Source: a virus
Taxonomy: Duplodnaviria > Caudoviricetes
Virus record (IMG/VR): IMGVR_UViG_3300044259_000046
Span: 1-39,017 of that record
Length of the DNA stretch: 39,017 bases
Reading direction: 5' to 3' (one strand)
Shown: positions 25,221 to 34,349 of the stretch, in pieces
Position numbering within the stretch: position 1 is the first letter of the stretch
Layout: every line of letters begins with the position of its first letter
Notes under the pieces: generated by a model
The model's input: only the letters and a program-made list of their open reading frames with translations
Database searches by the model: none
Told to the model about the DNA's origin: nothing
Translations under genes and position numbers: made by a program

Positions 25221-25859
25221 TTAAAACCTCGTAGCACTGATTCGCCCGCTTGATACGAGCTTGTTGGTTTGGGCTTTCAATGAGCGCAGGGCACGTGCCT
25301 CCAGCCCGTCCATGCGGATTGCCTGCTCGTCGTCCATCAAAACGTGTGCATACAGATCACGCTTTGCGCGACACCGGATCAATTCCTCGGCTTGATTTGT
25401 CCATGGCGATTCGTCGGTGCTTGCTGATAAAGCCGGGTAGGTGTATTGCCCTGAAATCGTCAGCACGTAGGCTTGATTGGGTGTTGGATAGAGCCGGATT
25501 TGATCGGCGTACCAAGACCACAGGCGCGGATATCCAGCTAACGGAGTAGTCCCAGCGTCTATCGCATCCATGTCTGTGTAGGACCTTGAATCGAGCTGAT
25601 AAATGCGGGAGTTAGCTGTGACCGTAATGGAGTCAATCTCCATGATGTCGCTTGGCAAAGTGCCGGGGGCAGGCGTGCTGGTCCCGTAGTACTTTGCTCC
25701 TGCAATCGTCGTCAGCGTCCACCGTTTTTCGTTCCAGTGGAAGCGCTGTGACGAGTAGAAATCAATGGCGGATTTGATGGCGGCCTGAATGTCACTGGTC
25801 AAATCAGACCGGTGAATTTCCCGCGCTATCCGCGCTTGCATGTCGCCGTATGTCGCCAT
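25221..25859 (-). CDS. Head-tail adaptor protein
   Basis: 212 aa, G.P......QIRLYPTP...Y motif; position after the capsid genes. Confidence 0.7.
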   Translation of the reverse strand: MATYGDMQARIAREIHRSDLTSDIQAAIKSAIDFYSSQRFHWNEKRWTLTTIAGAKYYGTSTPAPGTLPSDIMEIDSITVTANSRIYQLDSRSYTDMDAIDAGTTPLAGYPRLWSWYADQIRLYPTPNQAYVLTISGQYTYPALSASTDESPWTNQAEELIRCRAKRDLYAHVLMDDEQAIRMDGLEARALRSLKAQTNKLVSSGRISATRF

Positions 25860-25897
25860 TTTTTGGAGGCCTTCCGGGTTTCTTTTTGGGTGGGGAC

Positions 25898-25939
25898 AAA
25901 GAAAAAGCCGGTTCAGGCTGTGATTCCTGAACCGGCTTT
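25898..25939 (-). terminator. Terminator after the capsid/decoration genes
   Basis: 14-bp stem AAAGCCGGTTCAGG/CCTGAACCGGCTTT plus T tract on the minus strand. Confidence 0.85.
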
Positions 25940-25975
25940 GCTTGGGCCGCCCATATGGCCCTTCGGCGGCATGGC

Positions 25976-26356
25976 TTATTTGTCGTTGTCAACGACATAG
26001 CCAATGACGATGGTGCCTGTGCCTGCCGTCGCTGCAGTACCTGTCTGCGCGTATTGCACGAACAGATCGGTATCAGCAGCCAATGCCAGGTTGGCAATCG
26101 TGGGCGAGCGCGCACCAGCCGTTGCGGCATCGGTGAACAGCTGCGTACCGCCTGCAGAGGTGCCAACGTTCAGCGCATTGGTGGTTGCGGCGTTGAAAGC
26201 AGTGTCAACGCGCACGTTCTGAGACACGATCATGGAGCCAGCGGGAACGGTGCCAAAAAGCACACCAGTACCGATACCGGCATCGTTGAAGTTCACACGC
26301 TTGCGGATGTAGTGCACCTGTTGCGTGTGAAACTGGCGGGGAGTGGTTGCGGCCAT
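25976..26356 (-). CDS. Putative capsid decoration / cement protein
   Basis: 126 aa, Ala/Thr-rich beta protein immediately after the major capsid gene. Confidence 0.65.
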   Translation of the reverse strand: MAATTPRQFHTQQVHYIRKRVNFNDAGIGTGVLFGTVPAGSMIVSQNVRVDTAFNAATTNALNVGTSAGGTQLFTDAATAGARSPTIANLALAADTDLFVQYAQTGTAATAGTGTIVIGYVVDNDK

Positions 26357-26370
26357 GTTCTATCCTCCGA

Positions 26371-27429
26371 TTAGTGAGCCACTGCGTAGGACGACACAAC
26401 GATGGTGCCGAAGTCTTCGCCGTTGAATTGGGTCTTCTTCAGGCCAGCGATCATCCCGGCAGACACACCCAGTTGGTTTTGGTAGTCGAAGAGTTCTTCA
26501 ACCCACGACATTTCACCGCCTTGGTCCTTTTCACCGTAGGCCATCACCGCAGCTTGCGCACCGCAGAACACAGCGCGACGAACGGTGGAAATGTCAGCAC
26601 CAGTGGAGCTGTTCACACCTGTGGGCACGCGGAAGGCTTGGTGCAGGATCACGCCGTTGTACTCACCCAGAGCGCCGGTGTAGATGGGGTTGTTGTCGAT
26701 CTGGCCACCCATCATTGCGGCCTTCTGGATGTCCAGCCACTGACCAGAGTTGGTGTTGGTACGCAGGTCATAGACCTGATATGGATGCAGGAACATCACA
26801 TATTTGTCTTCACCGTTAACCTTGAGTGGTCGGATGGTTGGGGCCACTGTCTGCGCACGCTCGACGCACTTGTCGATCATGGACAGAGTCATGACGTTAC
26901 CAGCGCCAAGAGCTTGGTCGTTGGAGCCAGTCACAGCCAGATAGCGGTTGGCAGAAGGTGCCAATGCAGCCTGCATCCCGGTGTAACGGACGTCATTGAT
27001 GGAGGTCTTGCCTGCAATCTGGTTGAAGAACCAGAAATCCAGACGACCAGCCCACCAATCTTCCAGACCTGATTTGGCTTCATCACGAACAGAAAACGGA
27101 ACGCGTTGCTCGCTCATCTTTCCGCCGCTGCGCACAGCGTGGCGAAGCTGATCGATGAACACGTTGTCGCTGTACGTGGTCAGCGCTTCTTCGTTACCTT
27201 CCAGCGTGCCATCGCCTTGGACACCATCACCGGAGAGCTGCATACGCAGGCCCACAGTGATACGGTCGCCTGGTCCCTTGGACACTTCATCCTTGAGTTG
27301 GATAAGGCTGGATGGGCTCTTGCCCATGAACTTTGCGTAGTAGGTCTTCTTGAGTGCGTCAACAAAGAGTTTCTTGCTCCATGCCTTGACTGCTAGGGGG
27401 TGATTAACCCCATATTGGGTGGTTGCCAT
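26371..27429 (-). CDS. Major capsid protein, N4-gp56 (DUF4043) family
   Basis: GD.IT..L...L.G.GV.GD..LEGNEE.L.......IDQLRHAV signature. Confidence 0.9.
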   Translation of the reverse strand: MATTQYGVNHPLAVKAWSKKLFVDALKKTYYAKFMGKSPSSLIQLKDEVSKGPGDRITVGLRMQLSGDGVQGDGTLEGNEEALTTYSDNVFIDQLRHAVRSGGKMSEQRVPFSVRDEAKSGLEDWWAGRLDFWFFNQIAGKTSINDVRYTGMQAALAPSANRYLAVTGSNDQALGAGNVMTLSMIDKCVERAQTVAPTIRPLKVNGEDKYVMFLHPYQVYDLRTNTNSGQWLDIQKAAMMGGQIDNNPIYTGALGEYNGVILHQAFRVPTGVNSSTGADISTVRRAVFCGAQAAVMAYGEKDQGGEMSWVEELFDYQNQLGVSAGMIAGLKKTQFNGEDFGTIVVSSYAVAH

Positions 27430-27589
27430 GTAAATACCTCATGAAATTGGAAAGAAAGGGCTTGCGCTTTCGCTGCGCTGCGTTTCGTTCCGCTGTTTTT
27501 CGTGAGGCGGTCACAGGCATCCACTCCGGGGGATGGTTCCGAATGCAGCCCTTTGGAGGCGGCTGCGTTCCTTTGTTTGCCGACAGGTG

Positions 27590-28483
27590 TTAACCACCCA
27601 TCAGGCGTCGCCATGCCTTGTCATCCTTCGTCAATGCGTCGAATTCATCGGCAGGCATAGAGGCCAAAGCGGCCAGATCAAGGTTGTTTTTGACCTGTCC
27701 ACCAGACCCCAAGGATCGAGATGCTTGGACACCACGTTGTGCGGTATTCAGCTTCTCTTGTGCGCTGACTGGCTTGGCTTTTGCATAGCCGCGAGCCTCT
27801 GCCAGCGCGTAAACACGGGATGGAATGTCTTGGCCTGCCTGTCGCAGTTGCCATGCCATCGCGCCAAATTGGTTGTGCACCATCTGTGCGGCCTGGGCTT
27901 GTGGATAACCCAATGCCATCAGCGAACGCACCTCCACTTCCCCCAAGAACTTGACTGCGTTGTCATAGTCCGGATTGATTTGTCGGTATTCGCTCTCTTG
28001 AACGTTAAGCTCGCTCTGCAAGTGCTGCATTGCGGCTTGTCGCTGCACCTCTGCCTGTTGCGCTTGCACTTGCTGGGCCGTCATCTGTTCAATCTGAGAC
28101 AGACGCGTGTGAATGTTGGTTACCGGGTCTTGGTCCAGTGCTGGAAGTTGCGGCTGTTGACCTTGGGCCATGCGGGCCAATTGTTGCAGGCGCTCATTTC
28201 CGATACGCATCTGCTCTTCAAGCTGACGGGTGCGCTCACGAAGCTCTCGTGCGCGTTGTCGCTCTTCGTGCAAAGCGGCCAAAGGGACCGTCTTTACAGG
28301 CTTCTCACCTTCTGGCTTGTCGCCTTCGTTGGTTTCGTTGGTGGGCTGCTCTACTTCGGCGGCAGCCTCAGTGTTTGCAGGTTCTTCGGTTTCCGGTACG
28401 CCGGAATCGATGGCGGTATCACCGCCGTTTTCAAAGTACGCCTGTTCGCTGGGCGTGAGCGTGCCAAGAGCTTCTGTGCTCAT
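27590..28483 (-). CDS. Scaffolding protein
   Basis: Acidic N-terminus, VPLAALHEER coiled coil; lies between portal and capsid. Confidence 0.8.
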   Translation of the reverse strand: MSTEALGTLTPSEQAYFENGGDTAIDSGVPETEEPANTEAAAEVEQPTNETNEGDKPEGEKPVKTVPLAALHEERQRARELRERTRQLEEQMRIGNERLQQLARMAQGQQPQLPALDQDPVTNIHTRLSQIEQMTAQQVQAQQAEVQRQAAMQHLQSELNVQESEYRQINPDYDNAVKFLGEVEVRSLMALGYPQAQAAQMVHNQFGAMAWQLRQAGQDIPSRVYALAEARGYAKAKPVSAQEKLNTAQRGVQASRSLGSGGQVKNNLDLAALASMPADEFDALTKDDKAWRRLMGG

Positions 28484-28531
28484 GTGTTTCCTTGGTTGAT
28501 TTGGCCCGAGTAACGTCCGGGCCGTGACGAT

Positions 28532-30559
28532 TTACTGAAACGATGGAGCCGCAATGCCCATGCGGGCCTGCAGTCGCTGAAGCTCGGCGGCTAAGGCCTC
28601 GTTTTGGGCCTGCACTTCCTTCAGTTGGGCTTCTGCCGTGTCTTTTCTCGCTTGCGCTGGGAAGCCCCCAAGCGTGGTTTGCGCCTGGGCTTCTTTGAGG
28701 GTTGCGGATGCGTTCTTGTCGCGCACATCTGCCTGTTGACCAGCCATTGCCAGTTGCGCTTGAGCCTGCTGCATCTGCTGACGCATTGGGTCTTGCTGGG
28801 CTTTGGTGATCTGCGCTTTCCATTTCTCGGTGAGACTGGAAGGCAAAGGCATGTAATCGACCAGCTCTGGCGGGACTGGCATACCCATCTTTGCCAGTGT
28901 TGGAAGCATCTGCATCATCATCCCGAACACACGCTCTTTCACGTTGTGTGATTGAGGCGCTTCATCAACGATCACGTCATATTGAACGGTGTCGTCCTGA
29001 CGCAGCAGAGGGATGAACCGCTCTGTTCCGTCATTCCCAACGATCCGAATCAACCGACCATCGGAAATGTAGTTTTTGATGAAGTCTGCCAGCAAACGGC
29101 CCTGCAACTTGCGGTATCTACGCAGGCTGTCAAACAGCGTAGACAGGATGGTCATTCCCGCTTGTTTGCGCTGAGCCTCCAAATAACCAGCTTGCTCGCG
29201 GTTCGCCATGCCCAGCAGTTCCAGGCTAACCCCCGTGGTGTCACGAATGGATGAAATCGAAAACTCCATCATTCGCTCAGGCCCCATAGGCAAAACTGGC
29301 TGCGGTTTGGGCTGCACCTTGTTTTGCGAAAGCGCGCCATCATTGAACGTGACCACCGAATCAGCCTGAGCCCATTTCTCTTCGAGCTGGCGCACGTTAT
29401 CCACGGCTCCATCCTCAATCATCAGACCGCCCTTGGAGTTGGAATTGATGATGTGAAGGATTTGCGAGAAGAACTTGTTGGCCCACTTTTGAGGGTCAAC
29501 CATTGGGCGCACTAAGCCATACCACACGTTCTTGTTGCGGTCACGCTTACCTGTGATGGCTTTGAACGTAAAGCCAGTCTGAGAAGGTGCCTCGCTCTTT
29601 TCCAAAACCGTACCGCCACACACGAATGCGCGCTTGTAAACCTTGCGCTGCATCTTGACGTGCTGCAACACCACGCCACGCTTGAAAAACGCATCATTCA
29701 AGCGCTCAAACGCTTCATGCTCAATCTCTGTGATCTGCTGCGTAAACGGGTCCAGCACGCGGTGGTAGGTTTCACGCGTGAACCATTGATGCTGGATCAC
29801 CAAGAACTTACCGGACTTCGGGTCGTAACCCGTGGCGTCCTTTGCGTACAGCCAAGCACGTGTAGCGTCGTGCGGTTGGGCATCGTCACCGGTGTTATTC
29901 ACATCGGGAGTGGTGTCGATTTCCTCCGCTTCGGGCCAGCGTTCTTCAATCTCTTCCTTGGTCAGCCACGACTCATGCTGCACCCATCCGGCATCCGTCA
30001 GATTGCGCTTGCGTGCAGATGGGTCGTAACGCATCTGCAATGGGTCACGCCGCTCAATCAGGATCTGCCCATCCGGATCATCTTCGTAATCCATGCGGGT
30101 TTCAGTCCACCCCATGCCGCAGATCAACAAATCATAGAAGGCGTCTGATTCTTCGTCCTCTGCATCGCAGTTATCCCGAACCCATTTGGCCGCACCTGTC
30201 AGCAGCTCATTCACTCCCGCATCACCAACTTGGCGGGGCAAATACTGCACTTCTTGGCGGTTGCTGACCTCAGTTCCAGCGACGGAATCCACCACCGGTG
30301 CCATGCGGTTAAACACAACGACAGGGCGGTTTTGCTCTTCCAGTACGGAACGGTCTGTGTCGTCCCACTGGTGACCGGCCACCATGTCGTAATTGGACTT
30401 GGCTTCGGTGGTCCATTCAGCCAGGTGCTTTTCGGACGCTTTACGGGCATCTCGCACCATGCAAACAATGTCTGCATCGCTTTCAAAGGACGTAGCTTCG
30501 CCCTCCCCCTCTGCCTTGTCGTCGGCTTCTGGGAGATCAAGATTTTCTTCTGCGTCCAT
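28532..30559 (-). CDS. Portal protein (P22-like, long type)
   Basis: 675 aa, G.QW......L....RP...N, YGLVR...DPQ...N, YDV.VDEAP and C-terminal Q-rich barrel. Confidence 0.9.
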   Translation of the reverse strand: MDAEENLDLPEADDKAEGEGEATSFESDADIVCMVRDARKASEKHLAEWTTEAKSNYDMVAGHQWDDTDRSVLEEQNRPVVVFNRMAPVVDSVAGTEVSNRQEVQYLPRQVGDAGVNELLTGAAKWVRDNCDAEDEESDAFYDLLICGMGWTETRMDYEDDPDGQILIERRDPLQMRYDPSARKRNLTDAGWVQHESWLTKEEIEERWPEAEEIDTTPDVNNTGDDAQPHDATRAWLYAKDATGYDPKSGKFLVIQHQWFTRETYHRVLDPFTQQITEIEHEAFERLNDAFFKRGVVLQHVKMQRKVYKRAFVCGGTVLEKSEAPSQTGFTFKAITGKRDRNKNVWYGLVRPMVDPQKWANKFFSQILHIINSNSKGGLMIEDGAVDNVRQLEEKWAQADSVVTFNDGALSQNKVQPKPQPVLPMGPERMMEFSISSIRDTTGVSLELLGMANREQAGYLEAQRKQAGMTILSTLFDSLRRYRKLQGRLLADFIKNYISDGRLIRIVGNDGTERFIPLLRQDDTVQYDVIVDEAPQSHNVKERVFGMMMQMLPTLAKMGMPVPPELVDYMPLPSSLTEKWKAQITKAQQDPMRQQMQQAQAQLAMAGQQADVRDKNASATLKEAQAQTTLGGFPAQARKDTAEAQLKEVQAQNEALAAELQRLQARMGIAAPSFQ

Positions 30560-32122
30560 TTATGCGGCCCAAGATGAGCGCCCGCTACGTGAGTAGCTGC
30601 GCTTGTATGCGTCGGGTTTCGGTTCCTCGGCCTGCTTCGGCCAAATCAAAGGTAGGTCAGGCTCTGCGATCCGCGCTAGAGCGTCAAGCATGTCGTCATG
30701 CAAAGGGACAGGAAACGAGGCGTACTCCTGCTCTATGAAGTCGCTTATCAGTTCCCTCACCTGTCCTTCATAGTCCGTTTTGTGCAGTGACTGAGGGAAC
30801 CACACCAACCCTTGCTCAAACAGCGGGATAAGGCGTCGTATGCGGTCATTCTTCGGCGTTGATCCACCAACCTCCACCACTTCAAAACGGTAGCTTTCTG
30901 CGGCCTGCTTAGTCTTTAAGTGCTGCACATCAGCCATCAGGCCGTAGCGCTCATACCGCACTTGGCGAGGCCTCCACTTGCGATGCATCTTCATCAGTGC
31001 ATCTGTGCGCTCTGTCAGGTTCAGGCGATCCCGGAGCATGTCCAGAATGTAGTAGTTGCCATCCTGCCCCAATCCAACCACCCACATTGCTGTGTAGTCG
31101 TTGGTAGGTCGCTTGCCGTTAGCAGCATCCACCAGCAGATACCGGTTGGTGCCGCCGATAGATTCGGGAGTGCCTTCATAGAACCTGATCCAGTCCCGCT
31201 TAAAGCCCTGCGTAGCGTCTGCTGTGGGGTTTTGAAGCATCTGAGCGCTGAACGTATATGGCCCCATGTCCCGGCGCTTTTGCGCCAGCTTTTCACGAGT
31301 CAGAAAGACGGGCTGACCATCAACAGAACCATCCACAGTCGCGGCATACACACGAGGCTTGAACGTCTGCCGCTCGATCATCGTGCGGTACGTGTCGTTG
31401 AAGTGGTAGCGCGTACCAATCATGCGCCGCCACTCTTCGCCCTGCGAGCCCAAGTTAAACGACAGCTCAAGAGCGCTTGTTGTTTTGGCGATCATTTCAG
31501 GCGTCGTCACACTCTCGCGTGTCACCACGTCATCGAATACCAGCCCAGTAAAGTGTTTGCCAGTCGGTTGACCATCCACCAACCCCCAAGCCTCTAACGT
31601 GGCCTCTTTGGGGTTTGTTTTGCGCTTGACCGTGATTCCATCGTCTTCTGACCACTTGGGAGCCTCTTTCTCTGGCCTATCCCACAGCACGTCATCAAAC
31701 ACAGCCTTCAATAGCTGGTTTGTTTCAAACTCGTACTTGATCTGCCGGAGAAAACCCTTAGCGATAGGCCGTGTGTGCGAGAAGATGCCGATGCACTGCT
31801 CGCGGGGCAATATCGCGCCTTCACCATGGCTTGCCAGAATCGATTGGATCGTGGATGCATAGGTGATGATCGTGGACTTGTAATGGTCACGCGCCCACAA
31901 ATCAAGATAACCATTCGGCTCTTTTTGCACCTCTTGGCAGCGCTCAAACAGCCAAGGCTTTGCAACGTCCTGCCGTTTTAATCCAAACCACAGCAGGAAA
32001 AACAGGTCAGTGCGGCAAAGATGGCGGACTATCTCCCGCTGTTCTTGTGCCGAGCAGTTCGGTAACGCGCTCGCCAATTTCCGATGCGCTTCGATGCTCG
32101 ATAGTGCCGGAATGAGTGACAT
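30560..32122 (-). CDS. terL: Terminase large subunit
   Basis: ARDHYKST Walker A variant, TGKHF...FDD, IGTRYH..D, VDAA and HDDMLDAL nuclease motifs. Confidence 0.92.
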   Translation of the reverse strand: MSLIPALSSIEAHRKLASALPNCSAQEQREIVRHLCRTDLFFLLWFGLKRQDVAKPWLFERCQEVQKEPNGYLDLWARDHYKSTIITYASTIQSILASHGEGAILPREQCIGIFSHTRPIAKGFLRQIKYEFETNQLLKAVFDDVLWDRPEKEAPKWSEDDGITVKRKTNPKEATLEAWGLVDGQPTGKHFTGLVFDDVVTRESVTTPEMIAKTTSALELSFNLGSQGEEWRRMIGTRYHFNDTYRTMIERQTFKPRVYAATVDGSVDGQPVFLTREKLAQKRRDMGPYTFSAQMLQNPTADATQGFKRDWIRFYEGTPESIGGTNRYLLVDAANGKRPTNDYTAMWVVGLGQDGNYYILDMLRDRLNLTERTDALMKMHRKWRPRQVRYERYGLMADVQHLKTKQAAESYRFEVVEVGGSTPKNDRIRRLIPLFEQGLVWFPQSLHKTDYEGQVRELISDFIEQEYASFPVPLHDDMLDALARIAEPDLPLIWPKQAEEPKPDAYKRSYSRSGRSSWAA

Positions 32123-32333
32123 TGACGTTTTCCGTCTTCTCTTCAAGTTTTGGCAACAGGTCTGCTATCACCTTGACATACACATCCGGCTTTTCTGCCC
32201 GCAATGCCTGCAACGTGACAAGCCCGGATTCTTTCCAGTCTTCATGCAGGTCCTTCAGAAAGTCCTCTGCTAACTTGCTGCGCGCACCCTTTGGACGGCC
32301 AGCAGGGTTGCCGCTTTGTCCGGGCTTGAACAT
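32007..32333 (-). CDS. terS: Terminase small subunit (DUF5681-type N-terminus)
   Basis: FKPGQSGNPAGRPKG motif, AGGAG RBS; upstream of terL. Confidence 0.8.
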   Translation of the reverse strand: MFKPGQSGNPAGRPKGARSKLAEDFLKDLHEDWKESGLVTLQALRAEKPDVYVKVIADLLPKLEEKTENVNVTHSGTIEHRSASEIGERVTELLGTRTAGDSPPSLPH

Positions 32334-32356
32334 TGTTTAGCTCCTGTAAATTCAAA

Positions 32357-32479
32357 TCATTGACACGCCTCACACGTCCCATCCTGCAGATCGCAGATGA
32401 CGGGCAGAGGCGTGTCGTCGTCCAGGTCAAGTGCGAAGGGCTCAGGCTTGTCTTGTTCTGGTGTTGTTTCTGGGGTCAT
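32357..32479 (-). CDS. 40-aa acidic mini-protein ending C-x5-CEACQ
   Basis: Read manually: MTPETTPEQDKPEPFALDLDDDTPLPVICDLQDGTCEACQ; no strong SD. Confidence 0.6.
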   Translation of the reverse strand: MTPETTPEQDKPEPFALDLDDDTPLPVICDLQDGTCEACQ

Positions 32480-32623
32480 AGCATTAGGACGGGCACTTCC
32501 CCCGCGAGTCACAACGCATTTGCGCACCGGTACAAACGGCAGATCGGGCGTGAGTCCCCATTGGGTTGGGCGGGCGCTGCCACAGAGGTACAGAGACCGA
32601 TATGTGTGGATGGCAGGCCCGCG

Positions 32624-32677
32624 AAAAGCAGAAAGCCCCTGCAGCGCGAAATCTTGGCGGATTCACTGCAGAGGCTT
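32624..32677 (-). terminator. tR'-like terminator in the late leader
   Basis: AAGCCTCTGCAG...CTGCAGGGGCTT stem followed by TCTGCTTTT on the minus strand. Confidence 0.65.
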
Positions 32678-32775
32678 CCAGAGCCGGGTTCCGGCTTTAA
32701 CTTCAGAGACACCTACGGCTGCCGCAGGGCAACCGCTAGGCGTCACACGACTCAGTGTCGCGGGGAATTGGCGCG

Positions 32776-32809
32776 ATTATGGACTACTTTGTCAAGCGGC
32801 GCAAGTAGT
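32776..32809 (-). promoter_or_regulatory. Late promoter (pR'-like)
   Basis: TTGCGC-17nt-CATAAT at the end of the Q-like gene, with an ACTACTT/AAGTAGT inverted repeat overlapping it. Confidence 0.65.
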
Positions 32810-33173
32810 GGCCCCAAAATATTCTTAGGCCCTGCACTCTTGAGAAATCCCATGTGTCGCGCCCAATCCGAAGAATGCGCCTGGTTGCGTGCGCGCTCTT
32901 TGTTCGCTCCACATACTCAGCTTTAAGCACCCTGCGGAACTGCTCTGGCACCACGCGCAAAGCTCTGTCGATCTCCATTGCGTGGTCCTGCCCCATCTCC
33001 GCAATTTGCAATCTGTCCTCACGATTTGCAGGAATCCTGTATCTCCCCTCTGCACTGGCACAACGGCGCTTTTTGTAGCGATCCTGTGCCCAGAGTCCGT
33101 AACGGATCAGTAACTCTTCGGGCTGGCGCAGTTCGGGAGGCGTGACGTTGAATGGGATGTTTTCACGCTTCAT
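32784..33173 (-). CDS. Late regulator / antiterminator Q-like protein
   Basis: L..YG.W......C.S.EG.Y...ID.A...VP...R.VL..EY plus C-terminal HTH-like segment; directly before the late promoter. Confidence 0.7.
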   Translation of the reverse strand: MKRENIPFNVTPPELRQPEELLIRYGLWAQDRYKKRRCASAEGRYRIPANREDRLQIAEMGQDHAMEIDRALRVVPEQFRRVLKAEYVERTKSAHATRRILRIGRDTWDFSRVQGLRIFWGHYLRRLTK

Positions 33174-33667
33174 GCTGGCACCCTTTCAATAACGCAACCT
33201 GCCTTTGTGATGGTGTTTGGCCCGCGCTGGCGCAGGATTCGCTTTACGTTGGCATCTGTGTGTGCACACGCGGCTTTGAAATCCTTGTGTGTGATTTCGC
33301 TCAATAGGTCTCCGTACACACTGGCTACCTCACGAATCGTTGCCAGCTCTTCGGCTTTGAATGCCCTGACCCCTGTCTTTTGCTGGCGATCCAGCGCGGA
33401 GACGAATGCCGCTTGCGCCTCTGCGATGAATCCCTGATCGTCCACGCGCTTGATGTGCAACATGGATTCAATACGATTAAGAGCAAAAAAGAGCGGGTTC
33501 CAATCCTCCAGCGGATCCCAGTTACCCTGCGCCAATTGCTCGGTGGCGGTGATGACCGGGGCCATCTGTTCATTCCACTCTGCCGTGGTCAGCTTGGATG
33601 CTTGGAACATGGCGTGCTCAATCGGGTTGAGTCTTGCCCAGTGTTTTCTCTTGCACTGCTTTTTCAT
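33170..33667 (-). CDS. Hypothetical protein (nin region)
   Basis: 165 aa, ATGA-coupled to ninG. Confidence 0.7.
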   Translation of the reverse strand: MKKQCKRKHWARLNPIEHAMFQASKLTTAEWNEQMAPVITATEQLAQGNWDPLEDWNPLFFALNRIESMLHIKRVDDQGFIAEAQAAFVSALDRQQKTGVRAFKAEELATIREVASVYGDLLSEITHKDFKAACAHTDANVKRILRQRGPNTITKAGCVIERVPA

Positions 33668-34242
33668 TTCCATTTCCTCATGCGGCGCAGGCGCTTACCC
33701 ATGACCGCCTTAAAGCGGTAGAGGTATTCCCTGCTGAACTTTTTTGATTTGGGCTGGTTATCCAGCCACTCAATGCGGTCGGGTCCGTAGCCTGGTTTGA
33801 CCAACAGACCACGGATGAACCCTTCGCGGTTTCCGCCCTTGAAGTAGTTGCACTGCTCACATGCTTTATGGATGTTCCAAAGGTGAAACTGAAGCGATGA
33901 ACAACCACCGTGGGCGCGGTAATGGGAGCCGTGCCATACACCTTGGTAGTTCGGTCCCATGTGGCAAGAGATGCAGCCGTCATTGCGGTCTCGGATGCGC
34001 GCAATCTCTTGGACGATTGCGCGGCATTCCGATTCCAGCTGAGAGACACTTTTAAGTGCTTCTTTGCGGCGGCGGGTTTCAGCCCTCTCCACTTTGGCGG
34101 CGGCGCGGGCCTGTTTCTCTGCTTTGCGCTTTGCTTTTGCCTCCTCGGCGTCTGCATAAGCGTCGATACAAGCAGGGTGGATGTGCTGGCCGGGTTCGAG
34201 CTTTCCCTTGCAGTGGGGGCACCTTGTTCTGCGAAAGGTCAT
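33664..34242 (-). CDS. ninG: NinG/Rap-like recombination endonuclease
   Basis: N-terminal CxxC, RIRD...CISC, HYR.......L.F...NIHK.C..CN....GN. Confidence 0.88.
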   Translation of the reverse strand: MTFRRTRCPHCKGKLEPGQHIHPACIDAYADAEEAKAKRKAEKQARAAAKVERAETRRRKEALKSVSQLESECRAIVQEIARIRDRNDGCISCHMGPNYQGVWHGSHYRAHGGCSSLQFHLWNIHKACEQCNYFKGGNREGFIRGLLVKPGYGPDRIEWLDNQPKSKKFSREYLYRFKAVMGKRLRRMRKWK

Positions 34243-34349
34243 AGCGCCATCAACAAAGCAACAAGCAGCACCCAGCCGCTGTATTCAATTCCGAAGTGCA
34301 GGCCCGCCATACCCATGCCAACCAAAACAACTGCGGCGATGTATCTCAT
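34239..34349 (-). CDS. 36-aa hydrophobic peptide
   Basis: Read manually: MRYIAAVVLVGMGMAGLHFGIEYSGWVLLVALLMAL; ATGA-coupled at both ends. Confidence 0.6.
   Translation of the reverse strand: MRYIAAVVLVGMGMAGLHFGIEYSGWVLLVALLMAL

Noticed and set aside
27515-27540. CRISPR type I-E repeat-like unit (GGAACCATCCCC..., minus strand) as an RNA anti-CRISPR
   Set aside because: It lacks the local CCCCGC/GCGGGG hairpin and the rest of the repeat; the TTCCCCGCG at 32759-32767 fails for the same reason. No CRISPR array was seen anywhere.
32782-32795. Perfect TTGACA as the -35 of the late promoter
   Set aside because: It is only 8 nt from CATAAT; the correctly spaced -35 is TTGCGC.
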